From a virus, in the IMG/VR virus record IMGVR_UViG_3300033148_007251, positions 1 to 64,000 of that record: a DNA stretch of 64,000 bases, one strand, 5' to 3'. The position numbers and the translations under genes were made by a program. Under the pieces are notes generated by a model. It saw only the letters and a list, made by a program, of their open reading frames with translations, was not told the origin of the DNA and ran no database searches. This document shows positions 19,535 to 27,419 of this stretch, one piece after another (positions within the stretch are counted from its first letter, which is position 1; every line of letters begins with the position of its first letter).

Positions 19535-20311
19535 TTATTTAAATTTAGCTCTACTAAGATTAGCTCCACTAAGATTAGCTCTACTAAGGTTAGCTTCACT
19601 AAGGTTAGCTCTACTAAGGTTAGCTTCACTAAGGTTAGCTTCACTAAGGTTAGTCCAACTAAGATCAGCCCAACTAAGATCAACTCTACCAAGGTTAGCT
19701 TCACTAAGATCAGTCCCACTAAGATCAGTCCCACTAAGATCAGCTCTATGAAGATCAGCTCCACTAAGATCAGCTTCACTAAGATCAGTCCCACTAAGAT
19801 CAGCTCTATGAAGATCAGCTCTATGAAGATCAGCTCCACTAAGATCAGCTCTATGAAGATCAGCTCCACTAAGATCGGCTCTATGAAGATCAGCTCCACT
19901 AAGATCGGCTCTATGAAGATCAGCTCCACTAAGATCGGCTCCACTAAGATCGGCCCAACTAAGATCACCCCAACTAAGATCAGTTTCACTAAGGTTAGCC
20001 TTATCAAGGTTAGCCCTACTAAGATCACCCCAACTAAGATCAGTTTCACTAAGGTTAGCCTTATCAAGGTTAGCTTCGTTAAGGTTAATCTTACTAAGAT
20101 CAGCTCTACCAAGGTTAGCTTCACTAAGATCAGTCCCACTAAGATCCGCCCCACTAAGATCCGCCCCACTAAGATCCGTCCCACGAAGATCAGCCCCACT
20201 AAGATCAGCTCTTATTTTAATAGCATTTCTTAGAGTTTTTCTTATTGTTTTTAAATTATCTTCGAATATTATTTTTTGAGTTTTTTTATGTATTATTTTC
20301 ATAATTTTCAT
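19535..20311 (-). CDS. pentapeptide repeat protein
   Basis: About 44 A(D/N)LxX repeats (ADLSG, ADLHR, ANLSE) after a short basic N-terminus; SD AAAGG. Confidence 0.9.
   Translation of the reverse strand: MKIMKIIHKKTQKIIFEDNLKTIRKTLRNAIKIRADLSGADLRGTDLSGADLSGADLSGTDLSEANLGRADLSKINLNEANLDKANLSETDLSWGDLSRANLDKANLSETDLSWGDLSWADLSGADLSGADLHRADLSGADLHRADLSGADLHRADLSGADLHRADLHRADLSGTDLSEADLSGADLHRADLSGTDLSGTDLSEANLGRVDLSWADLSWTNLSEANLSEANLSRANLSEANLSRANLSGANLSRAKFK
19545..20210. repeat. 15-bp tandem repeat array encoding the pentapeptides
   Basis: Degenerate unit ACTAAG(A/G)T(C/T)AGCTCC repeated throughout. Confidence 0.9.
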
Positions 20312-20318
20312 TTTACCT

Positions 20319-20816
20319 TTATGAGTTTATGGTAAATTTAATTTCATTCAAAGTTTTGTCAATAATTTTCTTCTTCCATCCTATTTTGACTAAGTATTTG
20401 GATAATTGATATACACTTAGTTTGGATTTAGGAATCATATTTATCAAATCTTTTGGGGCATCAAAAATAATAGCAACTATATCTTTCGCTTCATTTGTCA
20501 TTTTGTTTAGGGAGTCTTTAAAGATACATCTCTTTTCCTGGTTACCGCCATCAGTACTGTTAGTTTCTTCTATAAACTCACAAGAGATATGCTTATTTTT
20601 ATTTTGATTATTCTTTGTGATAATATTTTTGAATCTATTTTCTACTGATGAAAACAATAATGTTGAGAATTGTCCTTTTTTTGAATCATGTAGGGGAAAG
20701 CATTCTGCAAATAAAAGATTACATTCCCCCACAGCATCATCAAGTTCCGTATGAGACCTGGTGTGCCATTTCCATGCCTGCTTTTGTATCATTTTTGAAT
20801 AATCTTGATATTCCAT
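20319..20816 (-). CDS. RNA polymerase sigma-70-like factor
   Basis: Region-2-like YSKMIQKQAWKW...ELDDAVGE....F......HDSKKGQFST.L...VEN; start placed at MEYQDY after SD AAGGGAG. Confidence 0.6.
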   Translation of the reverse strand: MEYQDYSKMIQKQAWKWHTRSHTELDDAVGECNLLFAECFPLHDSKKGQFSTLLFSSVENRFKNIITKNNQNKNKHISCEFIEETNSTDGGNQEKRCIFKDSLNKMTNEAKDIVAIIFDAPKDLINMIPKSKLSVYQLSKYLVKIGWKKKIIDKTLNEIKFTINS

Positions 20817-20841
20817 TTTTGTTGCTCCCTTTTTGTTTAGT

Positions 20842-21078
20842 TTAATGTAATGTCTGTCCTTCATTATTAACTTCGCAAAAATCCTTTGATGTAACAGCAT
20901 ATGCGTATTCTTGTTCAGACACTACATCTATTAATGCATTCCAGTCAATTTCCCCATAATTAAGAGGGATATTATGCAAAACTATATATTTGGCTCGTAT
21001 TCTATCTTGCCCATAAACATCATCATCATAATAAGGGTTTTCATAAAATTTAAAACTTTTTGTTATGTTGTATTTCAT
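20842..21078 (-). CDS. hypothetical protein
   Basis: Small ORF with SD in the small-gene cluster. Confidence 0.5.
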   Translation of the reverse strand: MKYNITKSFKFYENPYYDDDVYGQDRIRAKYIVLHNIPLNYGEIDWNALIDVVSEQEYAYAVTSKDFCEVNNEGQTLH

Positions 21079-21100
21079 TTGTTGCCATCCTTTTTAATGA

Positions 21101-21304
21101 TTATATTGTTTCTATTTCGCAGCCATCACCCCAAGTATCAGCAAGAGCCCAATTAACAGCGTGGCGAAGTTCGTTTTTATTTGCATTTGGAAAATAATGA
21201 ATGAGGTATTCAGTACAATCATTAATAATATTTCCTGAATAATGTTTCATGTCTTGCAGTGCTTTGGCTGCAGCGTTATAATATTTTTTGTTATAATTTT
21301 TCAT
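21101..21304 (-). CDS. hypothetical protein
   Basis: Small ORF in the small-gene cluster. Confidence 0.5.
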   Translation of the reverse strand: MKNYNKKYYNAAAKALQDMKHYSGNIINDCTEYLIHYFPNANKNELRHAVNWALADTWGDGCEIETI

Positions 21305-21646
21305 ATTATTTTCTCTTTTTTAATTATATTTTTTATCTAATGTTTTTAAAAATGCCTTTAAAGATGCCTTTGATAATTTATTTTCACTTTTATCTTTTTC
21401 TATTATTAATTCCTGGTTAAAGACTTCATCATAGGCTTCGGCCATTGATTCAATATATTGTTTATAATTTTTCATTTTTTTATATCCTCTTGAAGATATT
21501 ATTGAGTTTGCGCGCTGCTTTTTTTCTTAATACCTCATTTATCATTCGTTTGTGTTCACTCTGACTAAAATATAATTTTTTTTCTTTTAGGTTTGTTAAT
21601 TTTTTTTGTCTTTTCATTTTTTATTTACCTCCTTAAGGTTTATGGT

Positions 21647-21850
21647 TCAAACAAACAGAATTGGTATCCAAGCTATAACTATTGCCAGAACTAAAATTAT
21701 GCAAAATGTCACAAAACAGATTGCCGAAATATCATAAAGTTTAGCCGATTTTTTCTTTTTGTAGGTTTTCGTCTTTTTGGGGTTAGGATACCTATTTAAA
21801 TAATCAGATGTTTTTTTTACAGCGATATTAAGATTTTGTTGATTTACCAT
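21647..21850 (-). CDS. small membrane protein
   Basis: C-terminal hydrophobic stretch ISAICFVTFCIILVLAIVIAWIPILFV; SD AGGAG. Confidence 0.55.
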   Translation of the reverse strand: MVNQQNLNIAVKKTSDYLNRYPNPKKTKTYKKKKSAKLYDISAICFVTFCIILVLAIVIAWIPILFV

Positions 21851-22071
21851 GAACTATCTCCTTTTTATATAATGTAGATTATTTTTTTGTTCTGTAAAAA
21901 TTTTATATAGCCCGGGGCGTAAATCTTCCATAAGTTGTTTTTCTTTTTCCGTGTACGTGATCCCGAATTTCTGTTCGGTAGAGAACATCATTCTTATATT
22001 GTTTTCTGCCATCACTGTTCTTGCATCATGTGTTTTTTTGTAATGTGTTATTTTTCATGTCGTCCTCTTTC

Positions 22072-22284
22072 TTACGATGTATAGTTTCGCTCATCATCGA
22101 CATTGTGCGTTAATACATATTCACAATCACGAAAGTATATCCATGCCTTCCATCGAGCAAAAAAACTTAATTTATATTTGACTGAACATCCAATAGTTAT
22201 TGCCAGCCGTTCCATTTCTTTAATACTTGGCAAATTGTTAATGTAAGTGTTTTCAATTTTTGTTATTAATTCTAATAAATTCAT
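22072..22284 (-). CDS. hypothetical protein
   Basis: SD AGGAGG. Confidence 0.55.
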   Translation of the reverse strand: MNLLELITKIENTYINNLPSIKEMERLAITIGCSVKYKLSFFARWKAWIYFRDCEYVLTHNVDDERNYTS

Positions 22285-22468
22285 GATTCCTCCTATACCA
22301 GTTTTACAAGTTTATAGAAGAGCTTTACGATATTTCCATCATCATCCCTAATCATAACGTGCTCACTTTGCACGTCTATTTCGAGTAAATGTCCCATTTT
22401 GCCAGTATCTACATTCTGACCAAAACCTTTATTGTCATATATTCGTACCCTTTGTCCGTAATAATTCT

Positions 22469-22702
22469 TCATTTTATGCCTCCATCTATGCCTTTAAAAT
22501 TGTCTTTTCTAAAATAGATACTGTTTTGTAGGTCATACTTTACTGGATTTTTACGGTATAACTCCCAAACCTCTATACCGTCCATGGTGCTATTCCTTAC
22601 GCCATAGTTTTTAATAGTATCCCCAAAAAAATGCATATTTGATCTTGTAAAATGATAAGGTGCCGTGTGTCTTGTCTGATATTTTAATTCTAACGGGGTC
22701 AT
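22469..22702 (-). CDS. hypothetical phage protein
   Basis: Start at MTPLELKY after SD GGGAGG; HFTRSNMHFFGDTIKNYGV. Confidence 0.6.
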   Translation of the reverse strand: MTPLELKYQTRHTAPYHFTRSNMHFFGDTIKNYGVRNSTMDGIEVWELYRKNPVKYDLQNSIYFRKDNFKGIDGGIK

Positions 22703-22703
22703 A

Positions 22704-22895
22704 TTAATCCCTCCCTTTGTTGTCGATTTCTTTAAGCTCGCATAGTTCAAAAACATAATCAGGTACCCATGTGTTGCCTATAAGTGCCTCCCCATCCTTA
22801 AATTCTTTCACGTCATAGACCATGCCGGTCATAAATGCCATTACGTTTTCTTGGCCAAGTTCTACAACATACAATTGTTTACATAGTCTTTTCAT
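22704..22895 (-). CDS. hypothetical protein
   Basis: Start at MKRLCK after SD AAGGAGG. Confidence 0.55.
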   Translation of the reverse strand: MKRLCKQLYVVELGQENVMAFMTGMVYDVKEFKDGEALIGNTWVPDYVFELCELKEIDNKGRD

Positions 22896-23047
22896 AATGC
22901 CTCCTTTATATTCATTTTTTGTAATTCTATTATTCGTTTTGTTAATTCCACAATAGTGAATGGATACCATTCACCGTTTGGTTTGAATCTACGACATAAA
23001 ACATTATTAATTACTTTTTCTTCATAATACATAATATCTCCCCTCCT

Positions 23048-23413
23048 TTATGCCATGAAGTAGTTGTCTTCTTGCACAACCCTGTTATAAATTGTTAGAA
23101 AATCCAATGTATCAATGATATTTACATTTGATTGTTTAATAGGTTTCTCATTCAGGCATTTAAAAACACCTGGATGTAAGTCTTCAAGCATGTTTATTTC
23201 GGCTTGAGTGTATGTCCCGCCAAATCCTGCCATAAGCTTTTCATTTGTGACTATATTCTTTTTTGCTTTCTTTGTACAGGAACTGTGTATTTTTGCCATG
23301 TTGATTTGTTTCTTAATTTCTTGCATTGTCATTTTATCACCTTTATTAATGAGTTTAAAATTTATTATATGATTTATCCTTTTTGCCATTATTATTTTCT
23401 TTGATTTTGTCAT
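23048..23413 (-). CDS. hypothetical protein
   Basis: SD AGGAG; an internal start is also possible. Confidence 0.5.
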   Translation of the reverse strand: MTKSKKIIMAKRINHIINFKLINKGDKMTMQEIKKQINMAKIHSSCTKKAKKNIVTNEKLMAGFGGTYTQAEINMLEDLHPGVFKCLNEKPIKQSNVNIIDTLDFLTIYNRVVQEDNYFMA

Positions 23414-23996
23414 GTTATATCTCCTTTTAATTAAATTACAAACTCCAATATGGTTTTTTATTTCAAATTATCCCATAATGTTTTTACCGATATATAATGC
23501 TAACTTATTTAGTGCAAGTAATAGTTGTTTTTTTGTAATTTTATTCCCATTTTTAATACGTTTCATTAACAGCGTCTAATTTATCCATAAGCATTTCGAT
23601 ATGTTTTGTTTTCTGTACTCCTAATATAGATTCAATTGATACGTTTCCATGTAACAGTTGAACTTTATACACTTTATTTTGGGCTAACCATATTTCTTTT
23701 TTTTCGTTTATCATAGCATCCATATTATTTTGTCTCCTTTTTAAGGGTGTTTCGATTTCAAAAATCTATTGCCTGTTTTTATGATTTCAAAAATCTACTT
23801 AATGTTCCGTTTTAGGTACGTATTACAATTCTTACAATGAAAACCCAACATATTCTTTTTGATAGCCATAGATAAACAATCATCATACTTTCCACAGCAT
23901 ATGTATCTGTTATTAGCGACATCACGTGCATACATAATACCACATTCTGTTATTGTTTTAATTGCTTTGGTCATTGTTTTTTTCTCCTTATATTTA

Positions 23997-24269
23997 TTAT
24001 ATATATGGGATGTTTTGAGTTAACCATTTTTTGAGTTTTTTTTTACCCGTAAACGTTAGGTCTAATGTATTATATAACATTATTACATCTTCATATGATG
24101 CAATGATCATTTCATGTACCGCATCATAATAATGGGGTTCATTATCATATCTTTGATATCTCACTCTATAAAATAGAGGGTTTGGAATTATTTTTAATCT
24201 AATTTGGAAGTTGTCACCTTTTAATTTTGTGTTGTGTATACTTTTGTTTTGCAATATCAATATTTCCAT
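23997..24269 (-). CDS. hypothetical protein directly downstream of hammerhead 1
   Basis: SD GGGAGGTGA right after the ribozyme. Confidence 0.6.
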   Translation of the reverse strand: MEILILQNKSIHNTKLKGDNFQIRLKIIPNPLFYRVRYQRYDNEPHYYDAVHEMIIASYEDVIMLYNTLDLTFTGKKKLKKWLTQNIPYI

Positions 24270-24290
24270 TTTAATATCACCTCCCTATAA

Positions 24291-24344
24291 AGTGTTTCGA
24301 TCTTTAAGATCTCATCAGTGACAGTCACATAACAGCCAGACACT
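24291..24344 (-). ncRNA. hammerhead ribozyme, type III (copy 1)
   Basis: RNA reads AGUGUC^UGGCUGUUAUGUGACUGUCA-CUGAUGA-GAUCU(UAA)AGAUC-GAA-ACACU. Full catalytic core, stems I/II/III and a GUC cleavage triplet; predicted cut between 24339 and 24338. Confidence 0.9.
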
Positions 24345-24391
24345 AAGAGCAGTTTAATGACTTGCTGAGGTCATTATATTAGATTGTAATG

Positions 24392-24559
24392 TTACTGAAT
24401 AATTTTTGCTGCCCAATCTGGAACATCCACTTCTTTGCCAGATTTATTTGTAATTTTATAATATCTACCATTATTGCCAATCTCAATGGTAGCACTATAA
24501 ATTTCTTTTTTTGTAATTCCCAACCAGCTTATTAATGTATCTGTTATTATGATTTTCAT
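24392..24559 (-). CDS. 55-aa hypothetical protein between the two hammerheads
   Basis: MKIIITDTLISWLGITKKEIYSATIEIGNNGRYYKITNKSGKEVDVPDWAAKIIQ; SD AAGGAGGAG; below the ORF-track cutoff. Confidence 0.7.
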   Translation of the reverse strand: MKIIITDTLISWLGITKKEIYSATIEIGNNGRYYKITNKSGKEVDVPDWAAKIIQ

Positions 24560-24578
24560 AATGCTCCTCCTTTTTAAT

Positions 24579-24632
24579 AATGTTTCGATTTATAAAATCT
24601 CATCAGTAACAGTAATATAACTGTTAGACACT
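24579..24632 (-). ncRNA. hammerhead ribozyme, type III (copy 2)
   Basis: RNA reads AGUGUC^UAACAGU(UAUAUU)ACUGUUA-CUGAUGA-GAUUU(UAU)AAAUC-GAA-ACAUU; predicted cut between 24627 and 24626. Confidence 0.92.
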
Positions 24633-24852
24633 AAGAGCATCCATTAGCTTGCCTTATATAATAAGGTAGAGGCATCCTGGTATGTCCATTCGGTTCTCAA
24701 TGCTGTTAGGTTTTTAGTAACCCTGCATGATGGAGTCCTTGACTATTTGTCGAGGCGTCTATTTTTTTATTTCAAACAAGATGTTTTTTAATGGGTTTAC
24801 TTGCTGGCACCGTTTCCCGTGTGCCTCTTGTTTGTTCTTGTTTATATAGTAC

Positions 24853-24868
24853 TGCAAACCGTGTGCCA
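24853..24868 (-). promoter_or_regulatory. sigma-54 (-24/-12) promoter
   Basis: TGGCAC-ACGGT-TTGCA matches the TGGCAC-N5-TTGCW consensus; intergenic and pointing into the hammerhead operon. Confidence 0.8.
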
Positions 24869-25010
24869 TGTTGTTAAATAAATCGTAATAAATATTAAAA
24901 GTAATGTAAGTTACTTAAATTATTATGTATATATTTTATCAAGATAATTTAAATACCTTTTGTTTATTGTAAATTTAGCTATTTTAGATACATTTAAAAT
25001 TGGACTGGAC

Positions 25011-25107
25011 TGGACAGTCATACACTTTTGTAAATATTTATAATAGAATCAATATATTATAAGATGAATACTCTAAATCATACACTCCTGGACAGTCGTA
25101 CACTTTT
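25011..25107. repeat. 19-bp direct repeat pair (candidate enhancer/UAS)
   Basis: TGGACAGTCATACACTTTT at 25011-25029 and TGGACAGTCGTACACTTTT at 25089-25107, plus partial copies. Confidence 0.6.
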
Positions 25108-25115
25108 TAACCCTA

Positions 25116-25487
25116 TTATAGATCCTCAAACCATATAATTTTTTTCTTATCTACTATGTTAGGTTTAATATCTTGTTTTGACTTAGGTTTAAATATTGGT
25201 GTTTCAATAGGCTGTGTGTCAATAATGGCCCGTGGTATATATTCTACATAATCATTAATATATTCTTTTATTTGATTTACTGGCCAAAACCACTCCCCTC
25301 TAATGTGATATGTGGCAAAGCTTCTGTGCAACTCTTGTTCAAATCCTATATCTCCATCAATAGCTTTGATTATAGTTAATTGTTCCCATGAACCCGTTTG
25401 TAATTGTTTTAGTCTATCATTTATATCTCTACTTGTGTACCCGATTTTAATTGGCCCTGATGTCCCACTTTGTATAAAGTATATCAT
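25116..25487 (-). CDS. GIY-YIG T5orf172/MUG113-like protein
   Basis: MIYFIQ....GPIKIGYT.....RLKQLQTG...EQELH..F....IRGEWF. Confidence 0.82.
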   Translation of the reverse strand: MIYFIQSGTSGPIKIGYTSRDINDRLKQLQTGSWEQLTIIKAIDGDIGFEQELHRSFATYHIRGEWFWPVNQIKEYINDYVEYIPRAIIDTQPIETPIFKPKSKQDIKPNIVDKKKIIWFEDL

Positions 25488-25536
25488 GTTATTTTTCCCT
25501 TTTATTTGTTTTGATGCCTTTTTTATTAATTAAAGG

Positions 25537-25662
25537 TTATTCGTTAACTATTCCGGGATATACTACGATGTATCCTTGTTGGGCGTAAGAATCAGCCTTA
25601 CTTGGAACTCCATAATCGACGTGAACCCAACGGCCATTTATTTCCTTATAAAGTTTTACCAT
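25537..25662 (-). CDS. 41-aa hypothetical protein
   Basis: MVKLYKEINGRWVHVDYG... after SD AAGGAG, just downstream of a sigma-54 site. Confidence 0.6.
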   Translation of the reverse strand: MVKLYKEINGRWVHVDYGVPSKADSYAQQGYIVVYPGIVNE

Positions 25663-25714
25663 TTTGTTTTCTCCTTTGTTTTGTTGGTTTGTTTTGTTGT
25701 TATCTATATGTAGA

Positions 25715-25730
25715 AGCAAGATTAATGCCA
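25715..25730 (-). promoter_or_regulatory. sigma-54 (-24/-12) promoter (second)
   Basis: TGGCAT-TAATC-TTGCT with correct GG-N10-GC spacing, about 50 nt before an SD/ATG. Confidence 0.7.
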
Positions 25731-25909
25731 GGTGTTATAATATTTGTTATTTAGTTTGTAACATTTGGATATTATAGTGTAAAAGTTGATGAATGTTCAA
25801 AACGACGTCAGGTTGAAAATTGTGTAATTGTGGCATCGACTACCAAAATTTGTCATATTTTTGCCATATTTTGTTATTGATGATTATTTTGAAATTAAAA
25901 ATTTACAGC

Positions 25910-25944
25910 CCTTGACAACTGAAATTTATGCTTTATTATATAGT
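25910..25944 (+). promoter_or_regulatory. sigma-70-type promoter A
   Basis: CCTTGACAACTGAAATTTATGCTTTATTATATAG: TTGACA-N17-TATTAT; near-duplicate at 26542. Confidence 0.65.
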
Positions 25945-25964
25945 TATAACCAATATATAAAATT

Positions 25965-26322
25965 ATATGTGATCCGGTAAAATTTCTATTTAAGACCTGT
26001 ATACCGGCTATCAAAGTAACAACAGGCATCGGTTGGCTAACCGGTACAATAAATTCAAGCTATCCAATTTCAAATGGCATTTGTATCCGTCCATTTGGCC
26101 CCGTTCCTGCAACCCAGGGGATCATTGTGAATAAAGAGATTATTTGGAATCTCTTTGCCTCAGTTAAGACAGAACTGGATGAGGGCAATCGTTTTGTAAA
26201 AAGCGATTCAAACACAATGCGTTTTTTATATGAACTTATGACACGAAGTTGACGACACATACGGCAAAAACAATATCCCCCTATTTTAAATTTATTTTTT
26301 TTAAATTTAAAATAGGGGGATA
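25965..26322 (+). ncRNA. candidate structured non-coding RNA
   Basis: Lies between promoter A and a 21-bp inverted repeat; many short hairpins and a four-way junction; no credible ORF. Confidence 0.45.
26274..26322. terminator. perfect 21-bp inverted repeat (terminator-like hairpin)
   Basis: TATCCCCCTATTTTAAATTTA ... TAAATTTAAAATAGGGGGATA. Confidence 0.65.
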
Positions 26323-26352
26323 ACTATCTTCAAAATTAACTTCTCCAATGGC

Positions 26353-26402
26353 AATATTAATTATTAAATATTAATTATTAAATATTAATTATTAAATATT
26401 AA
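26353..26402. repeat. 14-bp pure-AT tandem repeat (about 3.5 copies)
   Basis: AATATTAATTATTA repeated. Confidence 0.8.
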
Positions 26403-26541
26403 AAATGCACGCTTATATAATAAGGTATATCGATAATCATACCAAGGTAACAATAATTATTTAATAGCTAAAATTAAATAAAAAAAATTTACATTTAATT
26501 CAACTCATTATGGATAAAAATAAAAATATTTTGCCGTTGCC

Positions 26542-26576
26542 CCTTGACAACTAAAATCTATGTATTATATTATAGA
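26542..26576 (+). promoter_or_regulatory. sigma-70-type promoter B for the virion operon
   Basis: CCTTGACAACTAAAATCTATGTATTATATTATAG, upstream of terS. Confidence 0.65.
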
Positions 26577-26770
26577 AATGAAAGTGTTTTATATAAATTA
26601 AGTCTTTACAAGCAACAAGAATAAGCCAAACTTAAACCTTAAACCTTATCAGGATTGCTTTAAAGACTTGTAAAAACTGTAAAAACGGCTTAAAAGGTTT
26701 TTACAGTTTTTAATGTTTCTTTGAGTTTATTAAAAAAAACGTTAATTTTATTAAAAATTATATATATATT

Positions 26771-27406
26771 ATGGCGACATTTATAAGAAAAAACAGCGGA
26801 GACAGTATGGAAAAGAAAAAATCCTCTCCTGTTACGAGCAACAAAAAGAAGGTGACTGTAAAAAAACCGAAAATCACCAAAGATTCCCCAATGACCCGTA
26901 ATATGAAGCTGTTTGCCGATAGGTGGTTGGTTGATCGTAATGCCACAAAAGCGTATAAAATAGCATTTCCTAATACCAAGAACGATCAGTCAGCAGGTGC
27001 TCAGGGTTGCGTTATGTTAAAGGATCCAAGGGTACAGAAACACATCAAGGAGAAAATGGCGAATATTGCCAAGAAGATTGATATCGACATCGAGTGGGTG
27101 CTTCGAAGGTTCAAGTTGCTCGTCGATTATAATGTGGATGATTTCTTTGATGAGGACGGTAATGTGAGACCGCTTGAACAAATCTCGCCTGATAAGCTTT
27201 ATGCTGTCTGTGGCCTAAAATCAGTAACAACGATTACAAATAAGAAGAAGAAGCAGATAAAGAGAACGATTATAAAAGACCTCAAGTTCCCAGATAAAAA
27301 AGGAGTGTTGGATTCTCTCGCTAAATACTTGGGGATGTTTGCCGAAGACAATAAACAAAAAGTTGCAACTGTGCCTGAAGTACTGAATATCAGGCTGGTA
27401 GATTAA
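26771..27406 (+). CDS. terS: terminase small subunit
   Basis: F...WLVDRNATKAYKIAF...SAGAQG..MLKDPRV; K..DK...LDSLAKYLGMF; upstream of TerL (start may be 26808). Confidence 0.88.
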   Translation: MATFIRKNSGDSMEKKKSSPVTSNKKKVTVKKPKITKDSPMTRNMKLFADRWLVDRNATKAYKIAFPNTKNDQSAGAQGCVMLKDPRVQKHIKEKMANIAKKIDIDIEWVLRRFKLLVDYNVDDFFDEDGNVRPLEQISPDKLYAVCGLKSVTTITNKKKKQIKRTIIKDLKFPDKKGVLDSLAKYLGMFAEDNKQKVATVPEVLNIRLVD

Positions 27407-27419
27407 ATAAAATGATTAT

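Noticed and set aside
19545-20210. Possible CRISPR array
   Set aside because: Contiguous 15-bp coding repeats with no unique spacers and no cas genes.
19433-20233. Long alternative-frame ORFs (266 aa plus strand, 229 aa minus strand, 76 aa) over the pentapeptide gene
   Set aside because: By-products of a stop-free 15-bp repeat; only the ADLSG frame matches a known family and has an SD.
24640-24840. Riboswitch in the leader after the sigma-54 promoter
   Set aside because: Hairpins are present (GGCAC/GTGCC, AAACAAGA/TCTTGTTT) but I could not match a known aptamer consensus by eye; needs an Rfam scan.
26175-26215. CTGGATGAG...CAAACAC as another hammerhead
   Set aside because: The core does not match CUGANGA/GAAA; treated as part of the candidate ncRNA instead.
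26060-26260. 66-aa minus-strand ORF
   Set aside because: No SD, atypical composition, and it overlaps the structured plus-strand region.
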